This document shows, one piece after another, positions 38,333 to 49,294 of a stretch of DNA of 64,000 nucleotides (its first letter is position 1; each line of letters begins with the position of its first letter). The translations under genes were made by a program, and so were the position numbers. This DNA is from Bacilli bacterium (lineage in GTDB: Bacteria; Bacillota_I; Bacilli_A; RFN20; CAG-826). The stretch covers positions 128,001 to 192,000 of the forward strand of contig JAZLKX010000052.1 in assembly GCA_045597865.1 (NCBI GenBank). Reading direction: 5' to 3'. The notes under the pieces are model-generated. The model saw nothing but the letters and a program-made list of their open reading frames with translations, had not been told where the DNA came from and searched no databases.

Positions 38333-39614
38333 GCAGCAAACAATTAAGCCAGATTACTTTTATCTTTGGCTAGCTGAAAGCGAGTTTCCAAACAAAGAAA
38401 AAGACATTCCAGCAACATTGATGCGCTGCTTGATAGACAACAACGTAAAGTTATGCTGGGCACCTAATAACGAATACTGTCATAAGCGCTGGTATGTATA
38501 CCCACGCCATTTTGATGATCTTGTTATCGCCATTGACGAGGACCAAGTTTATCCTGATGATCTGATTAGGCTCGTTCAGAATAGAATGAACGATTGCCCA
38601 AATACAATTATCACTATTGCCCGTACAGAATACAATAAGTTAACTTTCAATGATTCTTTCAGGCCGGTAATTGAACCAACTGAAAACTTACACATTGATA
38701 CGCCGATGTTCTGCGGTCAGTGTGCTTTTCCACCAGGTACATTTCCACTTGAAGCAGTAATGCAAAAGTACCTTGGAATACGAGATGCCTTTACGCCTAA
38801 GTGCGATGAATGCTGGCTATTGCCTTGGCTTATTAAGACTGGCAAATATGATATTACAACAGTAACCAAATTAAATGAACTTGACGACGATGATACCGCG
38901 TTGTATAAAGAACTTCGTGCTGTTAATTTGGAAACATGGAAAGAACCAAAGTGGATTTCTATGTACAATGTGTTGAGTAAAATCGCTGCGTTGGATAAAT
39001 GGCAGAAAATTTTCAAAGGTTACAGAACCCCTAAGGTCAATGAAAAACGACAGGTTATTCTTGCTTTAAACTGCGGTTCAAATGATGTTCCTTGGAAGGT
39101 AAGGCAAATTATTGACTCAGCATTAAACGGCCTCTATGCGCCTGATAAGGTTATTGTAAATCGTCCATTAGTTGATATGCCGGATAAAACTGAAACCATT
39201 ATGGCTATGTCAATGAATGAAAATTGTGCAAGTAGAATAGCCGACAAGGATGCGATTATTATTTCCGTTAGCACCAATTATGCTGAGTTCCGTAAGGACA
39301 CCATTTCAACATTGCTGAAGACATACTTAAACGGAAACACGCATGTTGTGTTTGGTGAAGAATTTAGAAAGTATGAAAACAACGGAAATGTATTCTACTC
39401 ACCGCGTGTAATGCTTTTTGATAACTCAGCTAACATTGACTTCTATGATGTGCCTTACTTCAACCCGCATCTTGATACATGCTTGAAGGTTTGTCAAGCA
39501 TATCATAATGATTTTGCGATAGCACCAACAAGCTTAGATAATGTAACCGAAGAATGGGAGAATTCTTCACCTGAATTTAAAGGAATGATTGAACATGCAT
39601 ATTTTGGTTCCTAA
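38256..39614 (+). CDS. GT-A fold glycosyltransferase with degenerate second domain
   Basis: VITMTSWPKRI, QTIKPD...LWL...EFP, HKRW, IDED, DECW. Confidence 0.8.
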   Translation: MMTVITMTSWPKRIHRVKPAIERFLKQQTIKPDYFYLWLAESEFPNKEKDIPATLMRCLIDNNVKLCWAPNNEYCHKRWYVYPRHFDDLVIAIDEDQVYPDDLIRLVQNRMNDCPNTIITIARTEYNKLTFNDSFRPVIEPTENLHIDTPMFCGQCAFPPGTFPLEAVMQKYLGIRDAFTPKCDECWLLPWLIKTGKYDITTVTKLNELDDDDTALYKELRAVNLETWKEPKWISMYNVLSKIAALDKWQKIFKGYRTPKVNEKRQVILALNCGSNDVPWKVRQIIDSALNGLYAPDKVIVNRPLVDMPDKTETIMAMSMNENCASRIADKDAIIISVSTNYAEFRKDTISTLLKTYLNGNTHVVFGEEFRKYENNGNVFYSPRVMLFDNSANIDFYDVPYFNPHLDTCLKVCQAYHNDFAIAPTSLDNVTEEWENSSPEFKGMIEHAYFGS

Positions 39615-40563
39615 AGATGTGGCTGTTCCAGCGGCAAATTCTCGGAATAAGAAATACCTAACCGAGATTTGTCTTTTGGTGAAAACGAATAATGCTAGTG
39701 ACTTAGATGATTGGCTTACATGGCATTTGGAAAAGATTGGCATTGAGCATATTCACATTTACGATAACGAATCGGTGGTTTGCATTCCTCGTATGATTAA
39801 GAAGTGGGGAGACAGGGTTTCGTACACTAAAGTTGAAGGCACACCGCACCAAGCTGACATTTACACGAAGCATATTGGCGAAGTTAGCGAAGCTAGATTC
39901 GTATTGCCGCTTGACGATGATGAATTCATTTTCTCAGGCGTTGATTTTAACGAATATGTAAAGTCAATGGAACTGCCAAAGTTTGCGTTAAGATCAATCT
40001 TGTTCGTACCAAAGAAACCAACTGAAAAACGACACGGCGGAAATGTATTTGAACTGTGTGATCATATTGCATTACACAAGTGCCGCGAAAACCGTGAAGT
40101 GAAGTGCATGGTTGATACCACATATCGGCATCTATACTTTGATGTAAAGCGATATGAAGACGCTCATAGAATGGAAAATGGTTTAATTGACTATCAAGAC
40201 GAAGTAATTGGACCTGATGACCAACCTATGGACACTAAGCATAATCTGGACTTTAACTACACAATGCTTGGTAATGTTCATAACCCGATTACTCTCGATG
40301 AAAACGGCAATCGCATTGACGCACTTGACATCAACCTAAATCCAATCTATGGCTTTATGGCATTCAATAATAATACGCCATCTGACATTTTCATTGCTCA
40401 CATGAAAATTCGTTCAAAGGAAGAATGGGATTGGAAATGCGATAGCAGAAAAGTCGTTGCTGATATGGACCCAGCCTATTATGATACACAGCGAGATTTA
40501 TACAGTGAAGTATATGAAGACGAACTACAAAAGTTCACTGGCTTCAAAGAGCTGTATAAATAA
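39589..40563 (+). CDS. glycosyltransferase family 92 / GT2-like
   Basis: VK....L.DWL.WH...G.EH.HIYDNES, LDDDEF, VKCMV, H...RSKEEW. Confidence 0.85.
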   Translation: MNMHILVPKDVAVPAANSRNKKYLTEICLLVKTNNASDLDDWLTWHLEKIGIEHIHIYDNESVVCIPRMIKKWGDRVSYTKVEGTPHQADIYTKHIGEVSEARFVLPLDDDEFIFSGVDFNEYVKSMELPKFALRSILFVPKKPTEKRHGGNVFELCDHIALHKCRENREVKCMVDTTYRHLYFDVKRYEDAHRMENGLIDYQDEVIGPDDQPMDTKHNLDFNYTMLGNVHNPITLDENGNRIDALDINLNPIYGFMAFNNNTPSDIFIAHMKIRSKEEWDWKCDSRKVVADMDPAYYDTQRDLYSEVYEDELQKFTGFKELYK

Positions 40564-40566
40564 TAT

Positions 40567-40917
40567 ATGATAAACGAATTTAGTATATTTGGCAAAAAGA
40601 AGAATCAAGCAATTCCTATGAAACGCATTAAGGAATTGTTTAGCCAGTTTGGTTTTATCATTTTTCAGGTTGATGACTATACTGGCTTTTTGTCAAGGCC
40701 GCCTTATGATATTCGTTTTGCTCCAGTTGAATATAAAGACAAAATCGGAACACGTTTAACTTATAAGATCGGCGACAGCGTTCAGGAAGATTCTATATAC
40801 TTTCATGAACGCGACATTTTAGAGTTCTTGTATCAAAACAGTAATACTATCCGCCGCGGTCATAAAGTTTTGGAAGATACATTCCAGGAAGATTTGTTGA
40901 GGTTCTTGCATGAGTAA
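40567..40917 (+). CDS. hypothetical late protein
   Basis: Immediately after TATAAATA at 40555. Confidence 0.65.
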   Translation: MINEFSIFGKKKNQAIPMKRIKELFSQFGFIIFQVDDYTGFLSRPPYDIRFAPVEYKDKIGTRLTYKIGDSVQEDSIYFHERDILEFLYQNSNTIRRGHKVLEDTFQEDLLRFLHE

Positions 40918-42220
40918 TTGGAAACAAGAAGGATATGATCCGTCGCAGCATAATTGGCATAAAGGTGAGATTGACGGCTTGCCTCGTGGCGGTTATGCAA
41001 CAAATTATTTCTTTGCAGATACATTCCGCTGCATTGATACGGCCTTCGGTAGCTTTTTCAATAACATGCATATTTACCGTTTGACTAAAGAAGGTGAACC
41101 GAAAAAAGAAATTGAAATACCTATTAAGTACGGTCCAAGAACGAAAGCATTTGACTACCGTACTGAAAAGGAAACTGGTAAAAAGTATTACATACAGTTA
41201 CCTAACTTAACATATCAGCAGACTGGTGCTCAGTGGGCTAGCGACCGTGCTTCCGGACAGCGTGAAATAAGAACATTCTATGCTGATTATTTTGATAAGA
41301 ATGGCGTTGACTATCCAATGCAAGAAAAATTCTGGAAGGATATTCAGCCAGTGCCGTATGACATTACATACGAGTTAGTTGGACATTTTGAGTTCTTGGA
41401 CGATGCCAATCAGTTCGTTGAACAGATTCTTGGCCGATTTAGCCCTGAATGTTATTTGAATGTTAAGGAATTTTGGTTCGCAAATATCCGTCGTTCATTG
41501 AAGATGAAACTTGACTCATATTCACGCGAAGCAAACGTTGACTATCAAGAAGAAGAAAAACGCGAAATTACGGTTACTTTCCAATTTACCGTTGAAGCAA
41601 TGATCTATAAGCCGATTGAAATTGGCTACATCATTGACCAGATCGTTACTACATTGAAGGTAAACAAAGCTGGTACAGATCATGCCTGGCAGTTCGGCAT
41701 TAGCGGTAACTACGATGGCTCATTTGATAGCCGTTATAATTTCAAGGATATCTATGGGACTAAGATTGGACGAGTTTCGGCAGTAATTCCTGAAAGCACA
41801 ATTCCTGATTATGTTTATGAAGGCGGCGTAGCCAAATCATGGTCAGCCAGATATGCTTACGAAGAATACGCTGACATTACGAACTACCCATTTGGTTCTC
41901 GCCAGTTCTATGGCATAAGCGGTGTTCGCGATGATGACAAGAGCATTTATAATTCATTAGTGAAACCTGATGGCACACCTATCAATGAAGCATGTTCAGC
42001 CATCGTTGCATCAGCCGATAAAGACTGTACTTTCTGGTATGATGTTAAATGGTCAAACTGCTATACCACAATTAAGACGTACAAAGACCTATCAGGATAT
42101 GGTGATTTTACTTCCTCATCTGTTTTCCGCACTGGTACAAAGGACGCTGACCTTGGCACAAGAGTTGTCAAAGAAGCTCCGTACATCACATCTGCAGGGA
42201 TCTTGCACGAGGATAAATAA
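40910..42220 (+). CDS. gp15: tail terminator / sheath stabiliser, T4 gp15-like, with C-terminal extension
   Basis: FGSFFNN..I.R, IPIKYGP, PVPYDITYEL, DANQFVEQIL..F.P. Confidence 0.85.
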   Translation: MSNWKQEGYDPSQHNWHKGEIDGLPRGGYATNYFFADTFRCIDTAFGSFFNNMHIYRLTKEGEPKKEIEIPIKYGPRTKAFDYRTEKETGKKYYIQLPNLTYQQTGAQWASDRASGQREIRTFYADYFDKNGVDYPMQEKFWKDIQPVPYDITYELVGHFEFLDDANQFVEQILGRFSPECYLNVKEFWFANIRRSLKMKLDSYSREANVDYQEEEKREITVTFQFTVEAMIYKPIEIGYIIDQIVTTLKVNKAGTDHAWQFGISGNYDGSFDSRYNFKDIYGTKIGRVSAVIPESTIPDYVYEGGVAKSWSARYAYEEYADITNYPFGSRQFYGISGVRDDDKSIYNSLVKPDGTPINEACSAIVASADKDCTFWYDVKWSNCYTTIKTYKDLSGYGDFTSSSVFRTGTKDADLGTRVVKEAPYITSAGILHEDK

Positions 42221-42251
42221 ATAAAACAGGAGTTAATTTTAGGAGATTTTC

Positions 42252-42770
42252 ATGAAGTATAAGAAGTTGAACGAATGTGGTGTTAACCGCGACCAACTCG
42301 AGGACGCTATTGACGCTTACATGGATCATTCTGATAAGTATGATGTTCCGTTTAGCCACACTGATATGCTAAAGTTTGTTGCTGAACAGCTCGGTCTTGA
42401 TGAGGACACAGTTGACAATGAATTTGGTAGAATCATTGATGCAGCCGTCAATTTTGATGAAGACGCTTATATCAATGCTTGCGATGCTAAATTCCGTGAA
42501 CAGGAACTAAAAGATTCTTTCATGGATTTTGTCCACAAGAAGCTTGCTCGTATGAACGAAGCTAAGGGACTTGATAAGGCTGAACTTATGAAGGATCCAG
42601 GCCTCGCTGCTTACCGCAAAACACAAGCATATCGTGCCTCTGACCAGGAAGGCAAATACCGTATGTTATGGCGCTATATTGTCAGCGAACATAGTGCTAA
42701 AGTAAAATCTGAAGATGAACTTGCTGATGTATGCATGGAAATTGCCATGTACGACGACCAACAGTTCTAA
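42252..42770 (+). CDS. hypothetical late protein
   Basis: AGGAG RBS, ATAAATA upstream, LNE motif. Confidence 0.7.
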   Translation: MKYKKLNECGVNRDQLEDAIDAYMDHSDKYDVPFSHTDMLKFVAEQLGLDEDTVDNEFGRIIDAAVNFDEDAYINACDAKFREQELKDSFMDFVHKKLARMNEAKGLDKAELMKDPGLAAYRKTQAYRASDQEGKYRMLWRYIVSEHSAKVKSEDELADVCMEIAMYDDQQF

Positions 42771-42794
42771 TAAATAAAAGAAAGGAGATTTAAC

Positions 42795-43202
42795 ATGAGT
42801 TTTAAGACATGGCTTCATAACGATTACAGAGCAATGAACGAAGAAGCGGACCAGGGTCCACTCGACGTTGAAGCTGCAGTTGACCAGCAAGCTACCGCAG
42901 CTGAAGCAAACAAACAGGGCGCAGCACCTTCCAAGTTTGGTGAATATCTTGTTGCCCAGGATTTGACTGAACATCTAGCAAAGCTTGGTTCCGATGTTGG
43001 TGACGCTGTTTTGAACTTCGCAACAAAGACATTCGTTAAGCCGGAAATGTTTGATAGCAAGGACGCTTATGATAAGTATATCAATGCTATGAATCAGAAG
43101 ATTGGCCTTGACTATAAAAAGAAGATGATTGAAGTTTTGAGCAATGCTGGTGTCTTCATTGAAAACACTAAGCGTTCTCTTGGTAAGAAATCTTCTACCT
43201 AA
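42795..43202 (+). CDS. hypothetical late protein
   Basis: AAGGAG RBS, ATAAATA upstream. Confidence 0.7.
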   Translation: MSFKTWLHNDYRAMNEEADQGPLDVEAAVDQQATAAEANKQGAAPSKFGEYLVAQDLTEHLAKLGSDVGDAVLNFATKTFVKPEMFDSKDAYDKYINAMNQKIGLDYKKKMIEVLSNAGVFIENTKRSLGKKSST

Positions 43203-43233
43203 GATTTTGCTTCTTAACTAATCAACTCCTTGG

Positions 43234-43261
43234 AAGACCGAGCATTTGCTCGGTCTTTTTT
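43234..43261 (+). terminator. intrinsic terminator
   Basis: AAGACCGAGC-ATTT-GCTCGGTCTT plus T run. Confidence 0.85.
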
Positions 43262-43290
43262 CATTGGATAAATATATTGGAGGATGATTT

Positions 43291-43791
43291 ATGATTAAAA
43301 CCATTTACTTAGATATGGACGGCGTTTTAGCTGATTTTGAGAAAGGCTGTAAAGACGGCGGTATTATGGGCGACAATGGTAGACCCATTTGGCCTAAGCT
43401 TTTTAAAGCAGGTCCTGACTTTTGGGCTAACCTAGCATGGATGCCAGGTGCACAAACATTCTATACATGGCTAAACAAGTTCTGTAAAGACAATAAGATT
43501 GACCTGTGCATTCTAAGTGCAGCAGGTAAAACAGGTTGGAAAGCTGCTGATACTGGTAAAAAGGATTGGTTGGCTAAGAACTGTCCTGAAATTCCACAGC
43601 AGAACATTTATATCGTTCAGACTGGCGATGGCGTATCTGCTGCTGAAAAGAAAGCAAAGCATGCAAAAGACAATGCACTGCTAATTGATGATTATGGTAA
43701 GAACATCAATGCTTTCATTATGGCTGGTGGTCAGGCTATCAAATACGAAGATCCTAAAAAGGTAAGAGACGCTATCTTGGAGCTTGTATAA
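43291..43791 (+). CDS. HAD-family 5'(3')-deoxyribonucleotidase-like protein
   Basis: IYLDMDGVLADF, ILSA, K..W, LIDD...NI..F..AGG. Confidence 0.9.
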   Translation: MIKTIYLDMDGVLADFEKGCKDGGIMGDNGRPIWPKLFKAGPDFWANLAWMPGAQTFYTWLNKFCKDNKIDLCILSAAGKTGWKAADTGKKDWLAKNCPEIPQQNIYIVQTGDGVSAAEKKAKHAKDNALLIDDYGKNINAFIMAGGQAIKYEDPKKVRDAILELV

Positions 43792-44642
43792 TGACCGACT
43801 TTGCCTCAGAATTTGCTCGTGTATTTGGTAACGGCTGCGATGTCAAGAATACTGACTGGAACGGCAAGCGTTATTTTGATAGTCTGAACAACCCTGACTA
43901 TGAAGCTGAACATGCACTAGCACAATCTCTTACTTCTGAGGCTTATATGCAGTCAGGCTTTAGCGTCCAGTATTTTATAAAGAAGAACTCAGTTGACCGC
44001 GATAAACTGTATGGCGAAGACGCTTTAGAAAACTTTGAAAGACGCTTTAAGTTACAGGTATATGCCGACAGCGTGCCAAGCCTGCAGAAAATGTATCAAC
44101 TGCAAGGTATGATCTATACTGAAATCGTTACAGTGCAAGCAACCATCATGCATTTTGAAGAAGCGTCAACTGTTGACTTTGTTACCGGCGAAGCATCATG
44201 GCCGGCTGCCGTGCCTGCTATTGGTGATGTGATGTATTTCCCTTGGTGTGACCTTTACTATGAAGTTTTGAATGTAAAGGAATTTGCTGAAGGCACTGCA
44301 TTCCTGTCAAGGCCAATTACATATACATTCAGCTTGCGTGTTTGGCGTAATTCGCATGAAGATGTTGATATTGCTCAGGCCAATGATGATAAGATGGAAC
44401 ACCTACGCAGCTATGTTGAACTGTCTGAAGTGTTTGATATGAATCATAAGACTTCACCTACTGAACACGAAAATGAAAGCCTTGGCATTGCTGAGGATAT
44501 TCCATTGCCTACATCAAAGGTAAAAGCTGATGGTGATGTTTTAGCCATCAATCGTAATTTAGAAAATGATACCAATTCACAAGTACTTTGGAAAAATCGT
44601 GAAAAAGACAAGCCGTCAGTTGACCCTTGGGCTGGCTGGTAA
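43791..44642 (+). CDS. gp14: neck / head closure protein, T4 gp14-like
   Basis: L..E.....G..V.Y......D.LYGED....F and P.IGDVMYFP....YEV..V. Confidence 0.8.
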   Translation: MTDFASEFARVFGNGCDVKNTDWNGKRYFDSLNNPDYEAEHALAQSLTSEAYMQSGFSVQYFIKKNSVDRDKLYGEDALENFERRFKLQVYADSVPSLQKMYQLQGMIYTEIVTVQATIMHFEEASTVDFVTGEASWPAAVPAIGDVMYFPWCDLYYEVLNVKEFAEGTAFLSRPITYTFSLRVWRNSHEDVDIAQANDDKMEHLRSYVELSEVFDMNHKTSPTEHENESLGIAEDIPLPTSKVKADGDVLAINRNLENDTNSQVLWKNREKDKPSVDPWAGW

Positions 44643-44666
44643 TAAATAATTCAAAGAGGATTTAAT

Positions 44667-45923
44667 ATGGAAGGAAATGTTAGGGATAAACTATTTGATA
44701 ATGCAGTGGACTTAGCCGATGAAGACGGCTATATTGATGAAGTTGACCTTACCGTTCAACCGTGGAATAGAACAACGGTTGCTGATGGCCAATGGTTAAA
44801 TGACCATGCCATTAAACCACTAAGCTCACGTGATTTGTTTCTAGCCGACTGCATTGACGCAGCAAATTTACAAATTAAAACAATTTCAGCAAACCTTGCT
44901 GCTATTGGTGTTGGTGGAGATGGCAGTGGATCATCTGGAACAAATGGTATAGTTGCTAGTAAGCTGGGAAGATCAAACACAACATTCTCAGATAACAGCG
45001 ATAACATGAATGATAGGAGTGTTGCCCGTGTGCCGGGAGGTCTTGCCGACACCGTTCAGCCGGCATATTCATTGCAGTATTTTGGTTTTGGCCCTAAGGC
45101 TTTAGGAGATGAAAACCTACCAAAAAATTTAATTAAGCAGGACAAAAACGCAATCATTCAAGCAAACATGCATACAGGAATCGCTAGTCAGATTGCATTA
45201 ACACCTAGCGGCATGTATTATCGTGGCATTGAAGACTTATTTCCGTCCGACTATGTAGTACGAAATCCAAAAGATTTCTTACAAGTAATGATGAGTCCAG
45301 TTTTAACAACTGATACATCTGGCGTCATTAATTATAGTACTGACACAAATACATTTAGCATAGTTGCTTTGCCAGCTGCTACAACGGCGGTAACTGGTGT
45401 TTCTGGAAGTCATCTTATATTAACTGATAATAAGGTACATTTTGCATCTACTTTTGCCAGCGACAAATTATATTTTGTGTGTAAGTCTGGATTTAAAGAA
45501 TATACAGCACCACAGCCGCAATTAAAAACAGATGGTGGTCTTAGCGCCGATGCTCAAGGCGGACTTCAACTTGCTATGCCTAAACAAGACGGGATGTTTG
45601 CTTTTAACTATAATAAAAACGCTGGTACGGTCACGCCTACATCATTTTCTCTACCAACATATGAAACGACAATATCTGCATTTAGTGCAGACGAAGTTAA
45701 CTCATTTACAGATAATGGTTATATTTCCAAGGCTGGTACTACAATTACACCATTTATTGTTGTGAAAGACTCAGAAGGCAAAGATCCTAATCAAGGAAGA
45801 CTAGGCGTAAATGTTAATTTCCTTCTAAATGGTTTTGCTGTTAATGACACCGGATCAGCATTAGATCAGGTATTAACTGATTTTGAAATCCGCATCGCTG
45901 CACTGGAACAGAAGCTTAACTAA
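44667..45923 (+). CDS. putative virion fibre/whisker protein
   Basis: Late promoter variant, Thr/Ser/Gly-rich sequence, C-terminal coiled coil RIAALEQKL; lies between neck and sheath genes. Confidence 0.45.
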   Translation: MEGNVRDKLFDNAVDLADEDGYIDEVDLTVQPWNRTTVADGQWLNDHAIKPLSSRDLFLADCIDAANLQIKTISANLAAIGVGGDGSGSSGTNGIVASKLGRSNTTFSDNSDNMNDRSVARVPGGLADTVQPAYSLQYFGFGPKALGDENLPKNLIKQDKNAIIQANMHTGIASQIALTPSGMYYRGIEDLFPSDYVVRNPKDFLQVMMSPVLTTDTSGVINYSTDTNTFSIVALPAATTAVTGVSGSHLILTDNKVHFASTFASDKLYFVCKSGFKEYTAPQPQLKTDGGLSADAQGGLQLAMPKQDGMFAFNYNKNAGTVTPTSFSLPTYETTISAFSADEVNSFTDNGYISKAGTTITPFIVVKDSEGKDPNQGRLGVNVNFLLNGFAVNDTGSALDQVLTDFEIRIAALEQKLN

Positions 45924-45952
45924 CGGATAATAACCAACAATTTAATTCAAAT

Positions 45953-45979
45953 AAGACGGCGTAGAAACGCCGTCTTTTT
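45953..45979 (+). terminator. intrinsic terminator
   Basis: AAGACGGCGT-AGAA-ACGCCGTCTT plus T run. Confidence 0.85.
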
Positions 45980-46070
45980 GTGTTTGCATTCTAATAAATA
46001 AAATAAATTAGTTCAAAAAATGTGAGTGAGTGATTTTATTAGATGTTTAATTTGCTAAAAGAGGTATTTT

Positions 46071-49000
46071 ATGGCAAAGTATTCAGTTCCGGGAATTAGA
46101 TTTACCGAGATTGATAATTCTGTCCGTACCAACGCCGAACCAGGCCTTGGTATTGGTGCTATCGTCATGAAGTCCAATAAAGGCCCTGTTAACCAGCGCA
46201 TTATGACTTCCTCTTACGATGAATTTACAAGAATTTTTGGCCAGCCTGAAGAACTAACTGACTATGGTCACTTCGCTGCTGAAAATTATCTTACTAACTC
46301 AAATCAGCTTTTCGCTATCCGTGCCACAATGGGTGACGAACAGTATGCTCAGATTCAGTTTCCTTATTCTGATGCTGAAGCAGATTACCGCTATCAGTCT
46401 CAGGACGTATCGCAGTTTAAGTATGTAAACAACGAAGATGTATCTGACCTTGTTTTGCTTGATCCGCTTGATGGTCCTGATGTAGGCGTTGACCTTTATA
46501 CATTTACAGGCAATAACGAATACAATGCGCCAAATGCTGATAAGCACTTTTATGTTAATCAACGTGCACAATTCTGCACGATTAGAGATTTAATCACTGA
46601 CGCTGCACCGGCCGTAGCTGTTTTCAAGACTGTTGGTGATGACACTGTTAGCTTAGATACAGTAGCTCCTGTTTCCGCTGGTGCTGGTGTGTATGTTGAA
46701 TATGCACAGAACGTTTCTAGAGATGGTACTATCACTAAGAAATATGATGACCTTATCTTCAAAAAGGAAGTCTGGGATAATACTGAACGCAAGATTTTGG
46801 CAAATCAGTGCATTATTCCTACGACTGCATATAGCATCGTAAACATTGATAATGAAGAAGTGAAGGGTTATAAGGTGCAGTTCACTGTGCCATCAGCTGA
46901 TACATTGGACGAACATAATGTCGCTGTTACCTGTTGGCTCACTGAATCATGTGTTGCATCTCTCTCCGCAAGCCAGTTGTCATACTCACAGCTATTCCAG
47001 AACTATAATTTCTATAAGGGTAAGTTAAGTACTTCAGCTGAAGGCTACTGTGATGATCCTGCAGCAGCAACTAAACTAGAGTTTATTGACTGGGATGATT
47101 TGAACACCAAGACATATTATGTTAAGGACAATGATATTGCTAATACCGTTGGTCAGGCTGCTGCTATTGCATACCGTGAATATGGCATGGCTGATACTGC
47201 TGAATCTTTGATTATGGTTGATGAAGGCAACTATAAGCTAAGCATCGCAAAGGTTCCTGATGTTATTCGTCAGGTAGAAAAAACTGATGACGAAGGTAAC
47301 GTTATTGAGGAAAATGGCCGCAAGCTCATGACACGCATTGCTGCTGAATATGGTCTTGACCTGGCTGACATCAACAATGACAAATTCTCGCTGCTTTCAT
47401 ACTGTGATGTTTGGTCTGGTAAACTGAATGACAGCGATGCAGCTGCTGAAAAGGAATATGCCGACGAAATCCGTTGCTACAAGATCATTTATACTGAATC
47501 TATGGATGGCTACTTGACCGATCCGACTAAGTATAATGAAAACTTGTTCTGGGTTATTTCTAAGAAGGATTCTCGCAAGACACAGCTACTATCTGTTTAT
47601 ACTGCTGCTATGCCTGATCTTGTAACCATTCCTTGGCAGGACGGCATGATTAACAACAACGCATCAGAAGCTAACAGAACTTCAATCACTAAGATGGTTG
47701 CTTATCCTACTTCCGAAGTACTTAACGGTACAAACGGAACATATAAGGACGGTTACACCATGACTATAGAATCCGATGAAGAACCTGGTAATGGTGACGT
47801 TGAACAGTATGTTTCAAATAAGCAGAATCAGCTTATCATCACATCTATCGGCCCTGGTAAATACGGTAACGATATTGGCGTTAGCGTGATTACCAACGAA
47901 TGTGCTGATATTCCAGCACTTAACCACCAGAACGCATTCTGCTGGAAGTACAAATATGATGACGAAGATCTGGTAAATACTGATGATCCTAGTGTTGACT
48001 TCACATGGAAGAAGGTATATCGTATCAACGTTTACGCTAAGCTCAAGACACAAACTGCTGAAGCAGCTTGGGGCACCGGCATGGACGCATTGCTGAAGGA
48101 TCCGGTTGAATCTTGGTTCGTTTCTAACGATCCGCAGGCTAAGGACGGTGAAGGCAATAGCTTGTATGCACCGAACGTTATTAACGGTCACTCTGAATAC
48201 ATCTATGTTAGCCGTTCATCAGTAACTGACGCTATGTCTGGTGTCGGTACATACGCTCAGCCTGTCCAAACTTTCGCTATCTATGGTTTGACTGGTGGTA
48301 TTAACTCTAAGAAGAACAATATCGCTGAAAAGACTGCTGCCTTGAAACTTTACGTTGACCGTCAGAAGTCTGATTTTGATATCTTGTTCAACGTTGAAGC
48401 TATTGACACATTCAATGGCAAGCAGCGCTATGCATCACATCAGCGTCGTATTGCTGAAATCGCTGCTTCAAGAACAATGGACATCGGCGTTGTTCAGCTT
48501 ACATCTAAGGAAGCTATGACTATTAAGCGTCAGTTGAGCGAAGGTAAGGGATTCTCCTTCAACAATGGTTCCTATGTGGCACCATACGCTGGATACGATA
48601 AGTACTATAACACAACATTGGCATCATGGATTTACTTGCCGAAGTCAGTAGCTGCTGCTTGTTCTATGGCAAACTGCGATATGCGTTACTACCCGTGGAT
48701 GGCACCTGCTGGCGTTCTGCGCGGTACCATTGCATATACCACTAACCAGCTTGCTCGTTTGAGCGATGATGAAATTGGTCAGTTGTACGACAACAACATC
48801 AATACATCTCGTCTCTGCGGTGCTTACGGTGAAGTTCTTTGGGGTCAGAAAACTGCTCTTAAGAAGGAATCCGCTTTGAACCGTATCAACGTTCGCCGTT
48901 GCATGAACTACATTGAAAAGCAGCTTGAACAGATGATGACACCGTACTTGTTCCAGCAGAACACAGCAAATACTCGTGCATCTGCAAAGAACTCCATTGA

Positions 49001-49184
49001 TTCCTTCTTGAGCCGCGTCAAGGCTGCCGAAGGTATCATTGATTACGCAACATCAGTTGTTGAAGATGACGATGATCCGCATATCATGCTCGTTAACATC
49101 ACCGTTAAGCCTGCTGAATCTATCGAGTTCATCGATGTTAAGATTACCGTAACTCGTGATTCCGTTACTACTGAAGAAGGCTAA
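46071..49184 (+). CDS. gp18: tail sheath protein, T4 gp18-like, enlarged
   Basis: PGI...EID, KGPV, FGQP, PWMAPAG..RG, LY...IN, WGQKT, RINVRR, KPAESIEFI. Confidence 0.95.
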   Translation: MAKYSVPGIRFTEIDNSVRTNAEPGLGIGAIVMKSNKGPVNQRIMTSSYDEFTRIFGQPEELTDYGHFAAENYLTNSNQLFAIRATMGDEQYAQIQFPYSDAEADYRYQSQDVSQFKYVNNEDVSDLVLLDPLDGPDVGVDLYTFTGNNEYNAPNADKHFYVNQRAQFCTIRDLITDAAPAVAVFKTVGDDTVSLDTVAPVSAGAGVYVEYAQNVSRDGTITKKYDDLIFKKEVWDNTERKILANQCIIPTTAYSIVNIDNEEVKGYKVQFTVPSADTLDEHNVAVTCWLTESCVASLSASQLSYSQLFQNYNFYKGKLSTSAEGYCDDPAAATKLEFIDWDDLNTKTYYVKDNDIANTVGQAAAIAYREYGMADTAESLIMVDEGNYKLSIAKVPDVIRQVEKTDDEGNVIEENGRKLMTRIAAEYGLDLADINNDKFSLLSYCDVWSGKLNDSDAAAEKEYADEIRCYKIIYTESMDGYLTDPTKYNENLFWVISKKDSRKTQLLSVYTAAMPDLVTIPWQDGMINNNASEANRTSITKMVAYPTSEVLNGTNGTYKDGYTMTIESDEEPGNGDVEQYVSNKQNQLIITSIGPGKYGNDIGVSVITNECADIPALNHQNAFCWKYKYDDEDLVNTDDPSVDFTWKKVYRINVYAKLKTQTAEAAWGTGMDALLKDPVESWFVSNDPQAKDGEGNSLYAPNVINGHSEYIYVSRSSVTDAMSGVGTYAQPVQTFAIYGLTGGINSKKNNIAEKTAALKLYVDRQKSDFDILFNVEAIDTFNGKQRYASHQRRIAEIAASRTMDIGVVQLTSKEAMTIKRQLSEGKGFSFNNGSYVAPYAGYDKYYNTTLASWIYLPKSVAAACSMANCDMRYYPWMAPAGVLRGTIAYTTNQLARLSDDEIGQLYDNNINTSRLCGAYGEVLWGQKTALKKESALNRINVRRCMNYIEKQLEQMMTPYLFQQNTANTRASAKNSIDSFLSRVKAAEGIIDYATSVVEDDDDPHIMLVNITVKPAESIEFIDVKITVTRDSVTTEEG

Positions 49185-49215
49185 TCGCTAACTCAATCAA
49201 AAACGGACAATTTTG

Positions 49216-49243
49216 AACCTGCTCAGAAATGGGCAGGTTTTTT
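49216..49243 (+). terminator. intrinsic terminator
   Basis: AACCTGCTCA-GAAA-TGGGCAGGTT plus T run. Confidence 0.8.
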
Positions 49244-49294
49244 GTTATATTTTGTTGGTATAAATACTACATAAATTTATTAGTGAGGTGATTT

